In this document: piece by piece, positions 41,618 to 52,500 of the stretch | How positions within the stretch are numbered: position 1 is the stretch's first letter | Layout: each line of letters starts with the position of its first letter | Assembly (NCBI GenBank): GCA_043811375.1 | Contig: JBDRNJ010000004.1 | Location: forward strand, 96,001-160,000 | From: a bacterium | Lineage (GTDB): Bacteria > Zixibacteria > MSB-5A5 > GN15 > FEB-12 | Direction of reading: 5' to 3' | Length of the DNA stretch: 64,000 nucleotides | Made by a program: the position numbers and the translations under genes | Notes under the pieces: model-generated | Databases searched by the model: none | The model's input: only the letters and a program-made list of their open reading frames with translations | What the model was told of the DNA's origin: nothing

Positions 41618-43846
41618 CTATTTCTTCTTATGTCTGGTTGATTTGTCGGTTTCCTCCAGAGATCTCGCCAGGATAACCTTCTTCGATTTATCCGATATCG
41701 GCAGGGATTTGAAAGGACGCACACGCAGAGGACAGTTCGGTTCATTTACATGCGTGTGGGCTTTTTCCCAGATACCATCTATGGCACGAGTGACATTGTG
41801 GTAAATACTGTTTTCGCCAATTTTTGCCGTCAAACCTGTTTTTTCCAAGACATCAAGCACGGCATCATTGAAACCACTGATTGAAAACCCAAGTCCCTGT
41901 CCATGCAGGCGATCAATTAACACTGACAGAGCATCAACCCCGGAAGCATCGAGTTCGTTGATGCCATTGCCTACTATCAGTACATGCCGAAGGTGGGGCA
42001 TGCTGCGCACGGATTGAAGGACCTGCTTTTCGAGGTAGTCCACGTTGGCGAATATCAGTGACCCAGCATATCTTATAACCACAATGTAAGGACACTGTTT
42101 GAGATCGAAGCGGAGGCGATTTCTGTAGGTGCCGTCTAAGTGTAACGATAGTATGGCAATAGCCGGCTTCATGTTGCGTATCAGGTATAGTAACAGAGAA
42201 AGGACGACGCCTATTAAGATTCCTCGCTCAAGGTGTGGAGCGAACGCCAGCGTGCATACGAATGTAGTCAGGCCGATAAACCCATCGTACCATTGTGCTC
42301 GCCAGGCATGAACGAAGGACTTCAGGTTCAACAAACCCACAACCGCCATCATGATTATCGCGGCCAGCACTGACTGTGGGAGGTAATACAAGAGTGGTGT
42401 AAGAAACAGCAGCACGACTAATACAACCAGACTGCTGAACACGTTGGAAAGGCCGGTTACGGCACCCGCTTGGATATTGACAGCCGATCGGGAGAACGAC
42501 CCGGAAACAGCATAGCTGTGACTGAAGGCTCCAAAGATATTAGCCAGGCCTTGTCCGATAAGTTCCTGGTTCGCATCCAATCGCTGGCCAGTCTTTGCCG
42601 CCATGGCCTTGGCTATGGAAATTGCCTCCATGAACCCCAGGAGGGAGATGATTATAGCAATGGGCAGCAGGCTGAATACTGCCGTGAGATCAAAACGGGG
42701 ACATGCCAACTCTGGAAGTCCCTGGGGAATGATTCCCACAACAGTTCCTCCGCTCGAGATCGCCAGGGAGTTGAGAGCCAGTTGATCGTTTCCTACTTTA
42801 AGACACCAGCAGCGACCATCGGTGTCAAGTTCCGAAGGGACCTCTGCGTTAAGGTAGAAAAGCCTCTGGTTGAGCGAATCGTTCGTCGCGACAAGATTGC
42901 ATCTCCTGAGCCAGGCACGGTACTTTCGAACATCTTCCTTGAGTCGGTTAAGATCAACGTTGGAAAGAGTAATCTGTTGTTCGATATCCAACACTTCGTG
43001 ATCAACACCACTCCTGTTGTGAGTGAGGCTGTCGAGCTTCGCTCGAAGAGAGATACGTTCTGCAGCAATCGAATCTGTCAAGGCAATCGCGGCATTGAAG
43101 CTCTCAAGAACGCCCCTGACCTCCTTCGATTCTATTTGCTCAATCGATGTATTTGAGGTTCTTTCAAAACCCGTTCCCAACGAAATGAGAGTAGTCACTA
43201 CTACTGCAATCAATACGCTCGGGATACGTGGATTGACCCGCCTTAAAATGATCATTATGGAAAACGCCAGGATTCCCAAAGCGAGTGTTGGCCAATGTGT
43301 ATAGGCAATTGCCTCTCGAATTACGTTAGCAATCGTTTCATAATGATGTACACCCTTGTCTACGTCAACGCCAAACAGCTTCGAGAGTTGTGAAGAGGCA
43401 ATAATTAATGCCGCGGCATTCGTAAACCCGCTGACAACCGGATGCGAGAGGAAGTTGACAACCAAGCCCAGTCTTAAGAGACCCAACGTCAACTGAAACA
43501 TGCCGACCAGAAGCGCCAGCAGGATAGCATAAGCGATGAATGATTCACTACCCGCTGTGGCAATGGGCTCGAGGGCAGTAGCCGTCATCAAGGAGACAAC
43601 CGCAACCGGCCCGGTAGCCAGCTGCCTGCTTGAACCGAAAAGCGCCGCGATCATTGGTGGAATGAAGGCGGCATATAAACCGTAGTACGCAGGGAGCCCT
43701 GCCAGTTGGGCGTACGCCATCGATTGCGGGATCAGTACCAGGGCAACGGTTAACCCTCCGATCAGGTCACGACGGAAATAGTTGCGCGTATATCCCTGGA
43801 ACCACTCGAAGAATGGAAAGATCTTGAAGCCTAGTTTCGAAACCAT
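41618..43846 (-). CDS. SulP family anion transporter with C-terminal STAS and a large soluble insertion
   Basis: GLTVALVLIPQSMAYA, GSSRQLATGP, NQELIGQG, GSFSRSA, DASG STAS motif. Confidence 0.95.
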   Translation of the reverse strand: MVSKLGFKIFPFFEWFQGYTRNYFRRDLIGGLTVALVLIPQSMAYAQLAGLPAYYGLYAAFIPPMIAALFGSSRQLATGPVAVVSLMTATALEPIATAGSESFIAYAILLALLVGMFQLTLGLLRLGLVVNFLSHPVVSGFTNAAALIIASSQLSKLFGVDVDKGVHHYETIANVIREAIAYTHWPTLALGILAFSIMIILRRVNPRIPSVLIAVVVTTLISLGTGFERTSNTSIEQIESKEVRGVLESFNAAIALTDSIAAERISLRAKLDSLTHNRSGVDHEVLDIEQQITLSNVDLNRLKEDVRKYRAWLRRCNLVATNDSLNQRLFYLNAEVPSELDTDGRCWCLKVGNDQLALNSLAISSGGTVVGIIPQGLPELACPRFDLTAVFSLLPIAIIISLLGFMEAISIAKAMAAKTGQRLDANQELIGQGLANIFGAFSHSYAVSGSFSRSAVNIQAGAVTGLSNVFSSLVVLVVLLFLTPLLYYLPQSVLAAIIMMAVVGLLNLKSFVHAWRAQWYDGFIGLTTFVCTLAFAPHLERGILIGVVLSLLLYLIRNMKPAIAILSLHLDGTYRNRLRFDLKQCPYIVVIRYAGSLIFANVDYLEKQVLQSVRSMPHLRHVLIVGNGINELDASGVDALSVLIDRLHGQGLGFSISGFNDAVLDVLEKTGLTAKIGENSIYHNVTRAIDGIWEKAHTHVNEPNCPLRVRPFKSLPISDKSKKVILARSLEETDKSTRHKKK

Positions 43847-44004
43847 ATCCCATTCACCGGAATCAAGAACGGCATCCGAGTCGATTCACACCCAGGTAGC
43901 ACTGTTCCTGCTGCGGTTGCAGAAAACCGTACGGATGGAAGCTGGGCTTACCTGTGCTAAAGCGTTGAACCCGACTGACAAAAGGATGACTTACGCTGGC
44001 CAAT

Positions 44005-44436
44005 CTACCAACCTTTGCGTTTCACGATTTTTTCGACCATGTCATCCATTTTTGCTTCCGTAAGGGCCGTTTTCCGTGATTTAGCGTCGTCAATCCTCGT
44101 GATCAATGTGTCGATTTTGACCGGCTTTTCGAGGAACTCAAAGGCACCACTCCTCATGGCTTCTATTCCCTTGTCGACAGTTGCCCGGCCGGTTAAGAGG
44201 ATAACCTGTAAGTCAGCATTGAGTGACAACATGCGCTTCAGAGTCTCGATGCCGTCCATACCGGGCATAGCCAGATCCAATACAATGGCGTGATACGCCT
44301 TGGATGTCACGAATTCCAACGCCTCCTGACCACTGAAGGCAGTATCCACCACCAAGCCGCGATTTCGCATTCGCTCGGCGAGGGTATCGACAAAATCAAT
44401 CTCATCGTCCACGATTAATACTTTTGTATTCTCCAT
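44005..44436 (-). CDS. Single-domain response regulator
   Basis: VLIVDDE, LDLAMPGMDG, LTG, EKP. Confidence 0.93.
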   Translation of the reverse strand: MENTKVLIVDDEIDFVDTLAERMRNRGLVVDTAFSGQEALEFVTSKAYHAIVLDLAMPGMDGIETLKRMLSLNADLQVILLTGRATVDKGIEAMRSGAFEFLEKPVKIDTLITRIDDAKSRKTALTEAKMDDMVEKIVKRKGW

Positions 44437-44507
44437 GGGATGATAACTCCTGACTTCAATCCCTACATACGTTCATTCTTAACACATATTTACATATATG
44501 AGCTTCA

Positions 44508-45182
44508 TCACTGATGTCGAATCGGCACTATTACATTAATGCTAAGGCGTCCGTCACTTATGAGTTCTGAGACCTCGGCCGGGATTCGGGATAGCAGGTT
44601 GGAAAGATCTCCATCGTTTGACGAATCCGAGACAGCATCTCCACACTGGACCTCAATAGTTACTTCAGCTTTTTCATCCTGTTGTGACAATCGGACATTC
44701 AGTACTTCATCCCGGTCGCCCAATGATAGAGCCCTCTTGATGCAGAGGAAAAGCACATGCGAAAGAAGGAGAGGATTGGTCGTGACCATAATGCTATGAT
44801 TGGGTAAGGATGTCTTCAACTCGATTCTCTGCATATTGGCAATACGCTGTGTCAGGTTTGTCAGATTTTCTATCACGTCGTTTAAGTTGCACTCAACAGT
44901 GATATGGTCACCCATATGAGCAAAGGCGTTCAGGCGTTTGATCAGTGTTATGCCTCGTTCCGTCTGCTTATCGACTCTATCAGCGAGTGTTTTTAGTCTC
45001 TCTGTTGCAACCGTTACTTCTGCTGTCGGTGTCGCAGCCAGATCGTCAAACAGTCCGGCTACCTGGTCGATCGTGCCCAGCACATTGTTCAACTCATGCG
45101 TCACTGAGGCCGTAATCTCACCGGAAAACGCCAGGCAGGCATACAAAAGACGATCGTCGGTATCGCTATTACTGTTATTCAT
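44508..45182 (-). CDS. Histidine kinase-like protein with degenerate ATPase domain (possible phosphotransferase)
   Basis: H-box THELNNVLGTI present; N box and G1/G2 boxes not recognisable. Confidence 0.75.
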   Translation of the reverse strand: MNNSNSDTDDRLLYACLAFSGEITASVTHELNNVLGTIDQVAGLFDDLAATPTAEVTVATERLKTLADRVDKQTERGITLIKRLNAFAHMGDHITVECNLNDVIENLTNLTQRIANMQRIELKTSLPNHSIMVTTNPLLLSHVLFLCIKRALSLGDRDEVLNVRLSQQDEKAEVTIEVQCGDAVSDSSNDGDLSNLLSRIPAEVSELISDGRLSINVIVPIRHQ

Positions 45183-45546
45183 TGGCCTTGATGGCTTCTT
45201 TCATCTTCATTAGAAGCTCGGAAATGTCAATCGGCTTTGGCAGGAAATCATAAGCGCCCTCCGGTTTGTCGTATTCCTGTTTATCGCCGGACCCGTGCCC
45301 GGTTATCATGAGTACCGGCAAGTGCGGATAGGCTTTTCTTATGATGTGCAGCAGTTCCTCGCCGGACATGCCGGGTAGTTTTAGATCAACTACTACCACA
45401 TCAAATGATACCTTTTGCAGCATCTCCAGAGCCTTTTCCCCGTCAACTGCATATTCAGCCGAGACCCCGCGGTAATCCAGCCGCTCCACGAGAGTGGAAA
45501 CCAATTCTTCTTCATCGTCAACCAGCAAAACTCGAAAACCACTCAT
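45175..45546 (-). CDS. Single-domain response regulator
   Basis: VLLVDDE, VDLKLPGMSG, ITGHG, PKP. Confidence 0.93.
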   Translation of the reverse strand: MSGFRVLLVDDEEELVSTLVERLDYRGVSAEYAVDGEKALEMLQKVSFDVVVVDLKLPGMSGEELLHIIRKAYPHLPVLMITGHGSGDKQEYDKPEGAYDFLPKPIDISELLMKMKEAIKANE

Positions 45547-45559
45547 AGCGATACGCTCC

Positions 45560-47263
45560 CTAATCTACTTTTTCGATCGGAAGGCTGACCGTGAAACAGG
45601 TTCCTTTGCCAACCTCGCTGGTTACTTCGATCAGTCCTCCCAGCTTTTCAACGATGTCTCGTGTGATCGACAATCCGAGCCCCGTACCAGCCTCGCCTTT
45701 CGTTGAAAAGAACGGTTCAAAGATGCTGTTCAGATCACTTTCATCAATGCCGGCACCGTTGTCGCTGATCGTCACCGCCACCTCATTACTGTTTGGCTGA
45801 CTGATAACTATGTCAATCCGCCCTCCATCCCCAACTGCGGCGTAGGCATTACTTATGAGATTCAAGAAGACCTGCTGTAATTGTCCTCTGTCACTTTCAA
45901 TTGTTTGAATATCCGGAGCAGCCTCATGGTTAATTTGAATACTGCGGTGCGAGGCTTCAGTTATCTGAAACTCAAGGACATCATTCAATAGCGAGGCAAT
46001 GTCTATCTGCTCCTTACTGGTATCCATGCGTCGACCGAATCCCAACAGCCGGCGGGTAACCCGGCTGCAGCGATCCACAGAAGCAGTTATTGAGTCCACA
46101 ATACCAAGGATCTTGTCTCGCTTGGGAAAGTCTGCTGAGTGTATGGCAATATCCTTCATAAGTCCGGCTTTTTCATTTATGATAGCCAGGGGATTATTGA
46201 TTTCGTGGGCAACGCCGGCCGCCAGTCTTCCCAACGTCGCCATCTTGTTTGTGTACTCTATGTTGTGAAAGATTTTTGCCCGCCGTGCGTCTGATTCTCG
46301 AAGGCGATTCACAATGTGTCTGGAACGCATGTAAACAACCAGTAGGATGCCGGCAACGCTGACCACCAGGAACCATATCACGTCCGAACGTTGATAGAGC
46401 CAATGCTTGTATGCTGCTTGATGTCGAGACACGGCCACCAGAACAAAGGGAGTACCCTCGACGTAGGCAAAGCCGGATGTTATTGCGCCGCCGTTCAACT
46501 GCTTCTGCTCGTTGATGATCTCCCGGTCTCGGATATGCGGAGGAATGACCAGGTCAATACTGTCCAGTACGGTGCCATAGAATGCTGAGACGGTCTGAAG
46601 GATACCGTGATCGTTAACAACAAAAGCATCCATACCCTTAGCCATGTCAAGCGAATATAACTGGCGACTGAGCAGTTCATTATCAATCGTTGCTCTCAGC
46701 ACGTAAAAATCACCATTCTCCAATTCGCGTGTCACAGCTATTACAAAGTGGGGGAAATTACGATAGCCCATGAAGACGTCACTTACATAGACACCTCTTA
46801 AAGATACTGCATGAAACCACGGTTGATCCTTGTAGTTTACACCTGTCAACTCATAGGGGCCGGCATAGTAGGATAGGTTGCCGTTACTGCCTATAAGACC
46901 GAGATCGACGAAGTCGCCAAAAGATTCCCTCAAGTCCCTGAGAATCGCCATAAGGCGAGCATCATCACTCAATTCCTCTTGGGATCGTCCTCTGGCGATG
47001 AGCGACAGAACAGCGCGACGTTCTTCGATGGCAAACTGCAGCGACCGCTTGGTGTTAGATAAAAGCCGAGATATTGCATAGCGACGCTCTGTACTGTAGG
47101 CGGTCGCGTCCTGGCGATAGTTGATAGCTGCCATAATAACGAGTGGAATCAGCGCTGCAAGGAATGGAATCAGGACGAGGTATCGTTGCAGGCGACGGTA
47201 TCTAGGTAAAGTGCTCTGCTGAGTTGAGGGCGACGGCGGGTTTGCTGGTGCAGATGTACTCAT
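45560..47263 (-). CDS. Membrane sensor histidine kinase (Cache-like periplasmic domain)
   Basis: 2 TM; AHEINNPLAII, QVFLNLISNA, DNGAGI, FEPFFSTK, GTGLGL. Confidence 0.95.
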   Translation of the reverse strand: MSTSAPANPPSPSTQQSTLPRYRRLQRYLVLIPFLAALIPLVIMAAINYRQDATAYSTERRYAISRLLSNTKRSLQFAIEERRAVLSLIARGRSQEELSDDARLMAILRDLRESFGDFVDLGLIGSNGNLSYYAGPYELTGVNYKDQPWFHAVSLRGVYVSDVFMGYRNFPHFVIAVTRELENGDFYVLRATIDNELLSRQLYSLDMAKGMDAFVVNDHGILQTVSAFYGTVLDSIDLVIPPHIRDREIINEQKQLNGGAITSGFAYVEGTPFVLVAVSRHQAAYKHWLYQRSDVIWFLVVSVAGILLVVYMRSRHIVNRLRESDARRAKIFHNIEYTNKMATLGRLAAGVAHEINNPLAIINEKAGLMKDIAIHSADFPKRDKILGIVDSITASVDRCSRVTRRLLGFGRRMDTSKEQIDIASLLNDVLEFQITEASHRSIQINHEAAPDIQTIESDRGQLQQVFLNLISNAYAAVGDGGRIDIVISQPNSNEVAVTISDNGAGIDESDLNSIFEPFFSTKGEAGTGLGLSITRDIVEKLGGLIEVTSEVGKGTCFTVSLPIEKVD

Positions 47264-47372
47264 AATCAGTTAATTCTCCTGAGATGGCCTTAACTGGTCA
47301 CCGAACCCCCGGTGGTGCAGTGCCTCCAGTTGCCCCAAGGTCAACAGCAACCGGCCGTTGGTCAGTCTGATA

Positions 47373-48575
47373 CTACTTACGGCCATGCACATAGGCTTCC
47401 TTCATAATCTGTGCAAGTTCATTGACATCTACGGGCTTATGTAAGTATGCGAATGCCCCCAACTCTTCGGCTGCTGCCTGTTCACGTTTGGAACCATGAC
47501 CGGTCAAGATGATAACTTCAATCTCCGGGTGATGTTCCTTGACACGCCTCAGGGTTTCGATACCGTCAATTCCCGGCATCTTGAGATCCAATACGATCAC
47601 ATCAGGAACATCCATCTTCAACATCTCAAGGGCCTGTTCACCATCGTACGCGATTGAAGATTCGAGGTTCCGCGTCTGCAATCGCTCGGAGAGAGTATGG
47701 ACGAAATCTTTTTCATCATCAACGAGCAATATCTTCGGAGAGGTCTCAATATCATCCCATGGATTCAGCGAAGGTGGACTGTATTTCGATCCAAGTTTGG
47801 TCGTGACCTCCTTTACGCCGGGAATCACAGCCGCAATGCGCTTTAGCTTGTCCTGGAGTCGGTTCATCCTGAGAGGCTGTTCGTTCACCCCAATAATCAC
47901 ATGCCCATTTTCTGAAAAAACCTCTACGTTGTGGCCCGCTTCGGTGAGAGCGACTTTTACCTTCGTACTCAAAAGGAAATCTCTCGCCGCCTCTCGGGAC
48001 CAGTCAGTCGTTTTTATGGCATCGGAAAGCGCTTGGTCGCAGATTAGTTGCACCGCCTGATCGACCGACGTCTTGTTCATTGGGATCACTATATCGTACA
48101 GACTGTCATCATACGCTGGCTTCTGGAACAGGTGAGTCGTACAGGCAGTTATATGCTTGTCATATTCCCGTATTCTGGCCCGGGCATCGGTTTCAGAAAG
48201 CCCCTCGGTCTTGACAGCCTCGTTGACTCGGAAACTGAGATCAGCGATGATACATACCCTCAGAATGTGGGAGATGTTGCCGGGAATCAGGTACCCAACC
48301 CACCCGCTTAGGACAGCATTGTCAGTCTGGATCGACTCAGCCAGGGTTGCCTCGAGATAGGTCAGGTTTTTCTCCTGTTCCCGTGTAAGCTTGTTTAGAA
48401 ACAGGTCGTGACTGCTCAGGGAATGGAGCATCTTGCTCCCACGAATCTGGTATCGCTCAGACGTGAGGGTAAACAGTTTCTCATCAATCCGTTCATAATT
48501 AAGCCGTTTTAAAGAATGAGAAACAACATCCTCACCGTTGCAATAAGACCCGTTGATAACTGTAATCACTGCCAT
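47373..48575 (-). CDS. Cytidylate-kinase-like domain fused to a C-terminal receiver domain
   Basis: MAVITV.GSYCNGE, LRVCIIA, YDIVIP; ILLVDDE...LDLKMPGIDG. Confidence 0.85.
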   Translation of the reverse strand: MAVITVINGSYCNGEDVVSHSLKRLNYERIDEKLFTLTSERYQIRGSKMLHSLSSHDLFLNKLTREQEKNLTYLEATLAESIQTDNAVLSGWVGYLIPGNISHILRVCIIADLSFRVNEAVKTEGLSETDARARIREYDKHITACTTHLFQKPAYDDSLYDIVIPMNKTSVDQAVQLICDQALSDAIKTTDWSREAARDFLLSTKVKVALTEAGHNVEVFSENGHVIIGVNEQPLRMNRLQDKLKRIAAVIPGVKEVTTKLGSKYSPPSLNPWDDIETSPKILLVDDEKDFVHTLSERLQTRNLESSIAYDGEQALEMLKMDVPDVIVLDLKMPGIDGIETLRRVKEHHPEIEVIILTGHGSKREQAAAEELGAFAYLHKPVDVNELAQIMKEAYVHGRK

Positions 48576-48685
48576 GCCGTTACCCTCATACTCCATCTTT
48601 CCGCAGAAACCATTCAATAATAATATATTGGTGGCTTAGATGCAAATATTGTAATCACGAATTGCCATAAATAAAATGTTGTAGA

Positions 48686-48790
48686 TGTCAAGTAATTCGC
48701 GGACAGTTTTAATTGACGGTGGCCGGTGTTTGTCCGTCCAGGGTCTGGTGGGGCCGTTCGTGGTTGTAGTATCGCTGGAGCAAGGACTTC
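48686..48790 (-). mobile_element. IS481/IS3-like remnant (transposase C-terminus plus terminal inverted repeat)
   Basis: Minus strand encodes LLQRYYNHERPHQTLDGQTPATVN* followed by AACTGTCCGCGAATTACTTGACA. Confidence 0.75.
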
Positions 48791-49055
48791 CTGGAGGCCG
48801 GAAAGAATCATCTTACCGGGGATACAACTCGTGAAGCGACCAGTTCTGTGCAATCTTCCTGGAGCGGCCAGTCTTCTTCCGGATGCGTCGGCCACTGACT
48901 CGTATATCCAGGTACCAGATTCGTCCATGTTTGTAGATTCGCCCCATAGAAAGTGTCTTCAGCTTGGTACAGATTGGGCGCAACTACATCACACTCCCAG
49001 TAGCGCACATTTTAAGATATTGTCAAGTAGGAAGTTACAGAATTACACAGAAATA

Positions 49056-49075
49056 TGGCGGAGAGGCAGGGATTC
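49056..49075 (-). other. Duplicated tRNA 3' end (tRNA-Ser-like): att site of an integrated element
   Basis: Minus strand GAATCCCTGCCTCTCCGCCA = part of T-loop, T-stem, acceptor 3' strand, G discriminator and CCA; no 5' half upstream. Confidence 0.8.
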
Positions 49076-49104
49076 AACGACCGGCATTTCTGGTAACTTC
49101 TTGG

Positions 49105-49227
49105 TTTCTAACAAAATGCGTGTATATCATTGCCATTACAACCGTTAAGTTGCATCAAGTTCCGTCAAGTTACTTCAAGTACAAGCAAGTTGCGTGAAGT
49201 TCATTGTTAGAAAATCGTTAGAAAATC
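49105..49227. repeat. Phased 10-bp repeats and arm-type direct repeats next to att
   Basis: Six consecutive 10-mers ending in AAGT (49141-49200); GTTAGAAAATC x2 (49206-49227); inverted TTTCTAAC (49105-49112). Confidence 0.85.
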
Positions 49228-49579
49228 GAGTGAGGCGATTCTGTCATTTTCGGGGAAAACTGGCTGAAATCAAACAAAGGTAGTAAATTAGCTGGTGGGC
49301 TCGAGACAGGAACTCGAAGCCTAGCAATGAAGCTGAGCAGTGCGACAGCATACGATCAGTCTCGCAATGGGCTCTGGGTCTAGGGCGTCGCGTACGGTTA
49401 TTACTTCTTCGAGTTAAACAAAGAGGGCCAGTGAACCTGAGATGACTCCTGTCACCGGCCCTCACGCTTACGGAATCACCGCTTCCTCAGTGCGGGACAA
49501 CGGGTTGGGTTCCTTTTCACCACATCACTCCAAGAGAGAGCGAACTGACGGAACGACTATCTCGGCCTACATGAACTGA

Positions 49580-52500
49580 TTACGGACAGGCTGGCGGTGC
49601 AGAGCCACTCTGGAAGAGATAGGCAGTCAAGTAAGTAAGATCCCCCACATTTATAACGTCTGCACCGTCAACATTACCCTCATCGTAGCAGGGCGGTTCT
49701 GGCCCACCCTGAAACAAGTATGCAACTAGATAGGTTAAGTCGCCAGCATCGATTTGATCCCATCCGTCACCGTCAACGTTGCCTCGAATAGACTGACAGC
49801 AGGGCAAGACCGTTATCGAGTCTATGTCATATTTGTACCACTCATCGCCGGCCAAAGTGATCGTGGCAACTCCGCCACTCGTGAATGTTGTCGTGAATGA
49901 TACCACTCCGTAAGAGTTGGTGTGCTTCACCTGATAGACGTCATCTTCCTTCATCAGGCAAACAGGCATGTTGATAACTGGCTTCCAAGTTTCCGATTTA
50001 ACCGTATCCACAACCTCTATCTCGCTTCCGGAGACAACCGTGTCAAGGTGATACTGTAAAGGAGTAAGTGGACCATGTGTCCAGATTCGCATCTGAGGAT
50101 CGCCGGAAAGAGTATAGCCCATGACGGCATGACGGCCAGCCCCCTCCCGATGCGGCTCGAGATCGGCAACCTGCTTTCCGAGGTTTAGGAGGTCGCCTAT
50201 TTCTTTGGGACCATTGCCGAAAAGCTGGCCGAAGAACTCTCTGGTCAGCACATGGCTTCGGAGCACAAAATCGTTGTACGTTGAACCAACGTATGCCACT
50301 GCCCCGCCCGTAGCGTGCTTCATATAGCGTTCTGCTATACTGCTGTCCTGGTCAAGCCGGTGGTTCCAGCAGGTAGCTGAAAAAACAACTGATGGCTTGC
50401 CAAAGTTGTGCAGGGTGTCCACATTCTCGGCTAGCAGGCGTTCATGGGTGCCCTGAACCCGTAGCATGTACTCCCTCTCATGCCCAGCCAGTCCATGCTT
50501 GACAACCATGGCCTTTCCGGCATTCATGGCCTGAAAGTAGTTGAGCAGGGAGGCGGTGCCACCGGGTCCATCGTACAGTTCCGTTATAGTGAACACACCC
50601 GGGAATAAAGAGATGATATCTTCGCTGGCACGCTGGCCGTCACCATCCTGAAACATGTGAGACCCAAGGAAAAGCGCTTTGGTTTGAAAATCAGCGCTGT
50701 CAGATGACTCATAGGCGTCTAACTTGGCAATGTAGTTGTCCACTTCAGCTGTAGTCGAGAAAGGAAGTCTGCCGACAGCTACCTCGGGAGTGAGATCAAC
50801 GCTGTCTTCCACTTCCCCATATAGGGTGTCGGAGTCGTAATTCCAGTCACCATCCAAACAGGCGAAGTAGTAATCGCTTATGAAGATCACTCCTGGCCCA
50901 CTCAGATCGTTGTAGGCAAACCTAAACGGGACAACAGTTCCGTCCCCGCCCAGGATAACCCACTGTAGGTACTTGTTCTGATAGTAGTCTTTGATGCAGG
51001 CACGGACTTTGGCCTGAAGGTCTTCTCCTGAATAACCCGTGGCTATGTCCTGCACTGTCACAATCTCAGTCTTGGTGCCTCTCTTGGTCTTCAGGTCTGC
51101 AAGCGGCTGAAACGCAGATGTCAGGCTATCGTCAGTGATGATGATGGATGGAACTGAATCACTGCTGCGGGTAGTCGCCATTGATGTATTGACAATATCG
51201 AGCATAAACCCATAAGCATCAACTCTTCCAGCACCAAATACTTCATCGTGCGTGCCGGATAGACCGGTCCTGTCGGCAGTGGCCTTGAGAAGTGATACAA
51301 TGTGGTCGACTGGCAATTCGCTATTATAGCCCCGGGCCAGGGCTACTATCCCGGCCACCACTGGCGCTGCAGCAGATGTACCAAAAAAATTCCCGTACCC
51401 ATTTAAAAGCGCCAATGTAGGAATACCCCAACCCGGCGCCGCCACATCAACGAAGTCCGGAATAGAAGGATCACAGGTATCACAGCCGTGATTGGAGTTC
51501 ACTACGTTACCATACGCGGAGTGGCAGGTCACGGAGATGCAAAGGTCGGTCCAGACTGAAGGTGCGCTGACGTATGGTGGATTGCCAGGTTCAAGATTCC
51601 CTGCAGAGCATATGACAGGAACCTCAGATGCCTTGGCCTGCACAAGTACATCGTGGAGAGCAGTGTCAGTTATTAACCAGTGCCAGGTCATACTGATAAT
51701 GTCACACCCGTCAGTGAGCGCAGATACAATATCCTCAGCTCGAGAGAAAGTGTCTACGTCATCTCTGAAATTGTAATCAATGTACTCCGCGTCAGGAGCT
51801 ACCCCGCGGACTCCAAAACCATTGTTGGTGTGAGCCAGAATTATTCCTGCGACTGCCACGCCGTGCCCAGGATCCCCGGCGTAGATGGACCCGTCTCCAC
51901 AACAGTGCAGCTTCCCTTCTAATTCATAATGGTCTGGGTCAACACCGAGATCACTGATGCCGACTATAACGGGCCCTCGGGCGCCGTCTGCAAGAAGGCT
52001 CCAGGCACACTCCAGATTGGCACCACCCTGACCCACCGAATCTCGCTTCTTGGTGTGCCACCATGGAGCCCCATAAGTATCATTGGGAATCCACGGATTA
52101 TCGCACAATGGCCCGCAGGTACTGTCGAAAATAGCTCTTGGCACAGGTCCGACATTGGTAAGCTCTCTGACGGCATCCAATAATGCCACCACAGAATCCA
52201 CCGTACTGTTACGGTTGAACAAGATACCGAAATGTTTGGAGAGGTCCGGGACAACAACCGTTTTTCTTCTGATCCGGTTCCAGACCAGCGTATCATAGGG
52301 GACTGACCTGGAGAACCTGCGCCCAAGGGCATATACACGGGCTTCAGCCAGGCAATCGATGAGGCCGCTACTAGTGATCTTAAGGCCCTCCATATGGGAT
52401 TGTTTGACCACAGTTTCGGTTACACCGTTTCGCACAAGGGAATCCACCTTCAGTGCGCCAATAAATCTCCACGGGGGCAAAGTTTCCCTGCAGTCAAGGC

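Noticed and set aside
48686..48691. TTGACA as the -35 box of the CMK-REC operon
   Set aside because: It is the terminus of an IS remnant and no well-spaced -10 box is evident; a hybrid promoter cannot be excluded
48808..49008. 66-aa ORF between the IS remnant and att
   Set aside because: No RBS or recognisable motif; at most a gene fragment
49056..49140. Complete tRNA gene
   Set aside because: Only the last 20 nt match; the T-loop is truncated and no D or anticodon arms are present, so it is treated as an att duplication
49141..49200. Iteron-type plasmid origin
   Set aside because: Only 4 bp per unit is conserved, no Rep gene is nearby, and the position next to att fits recombination accessory sites better
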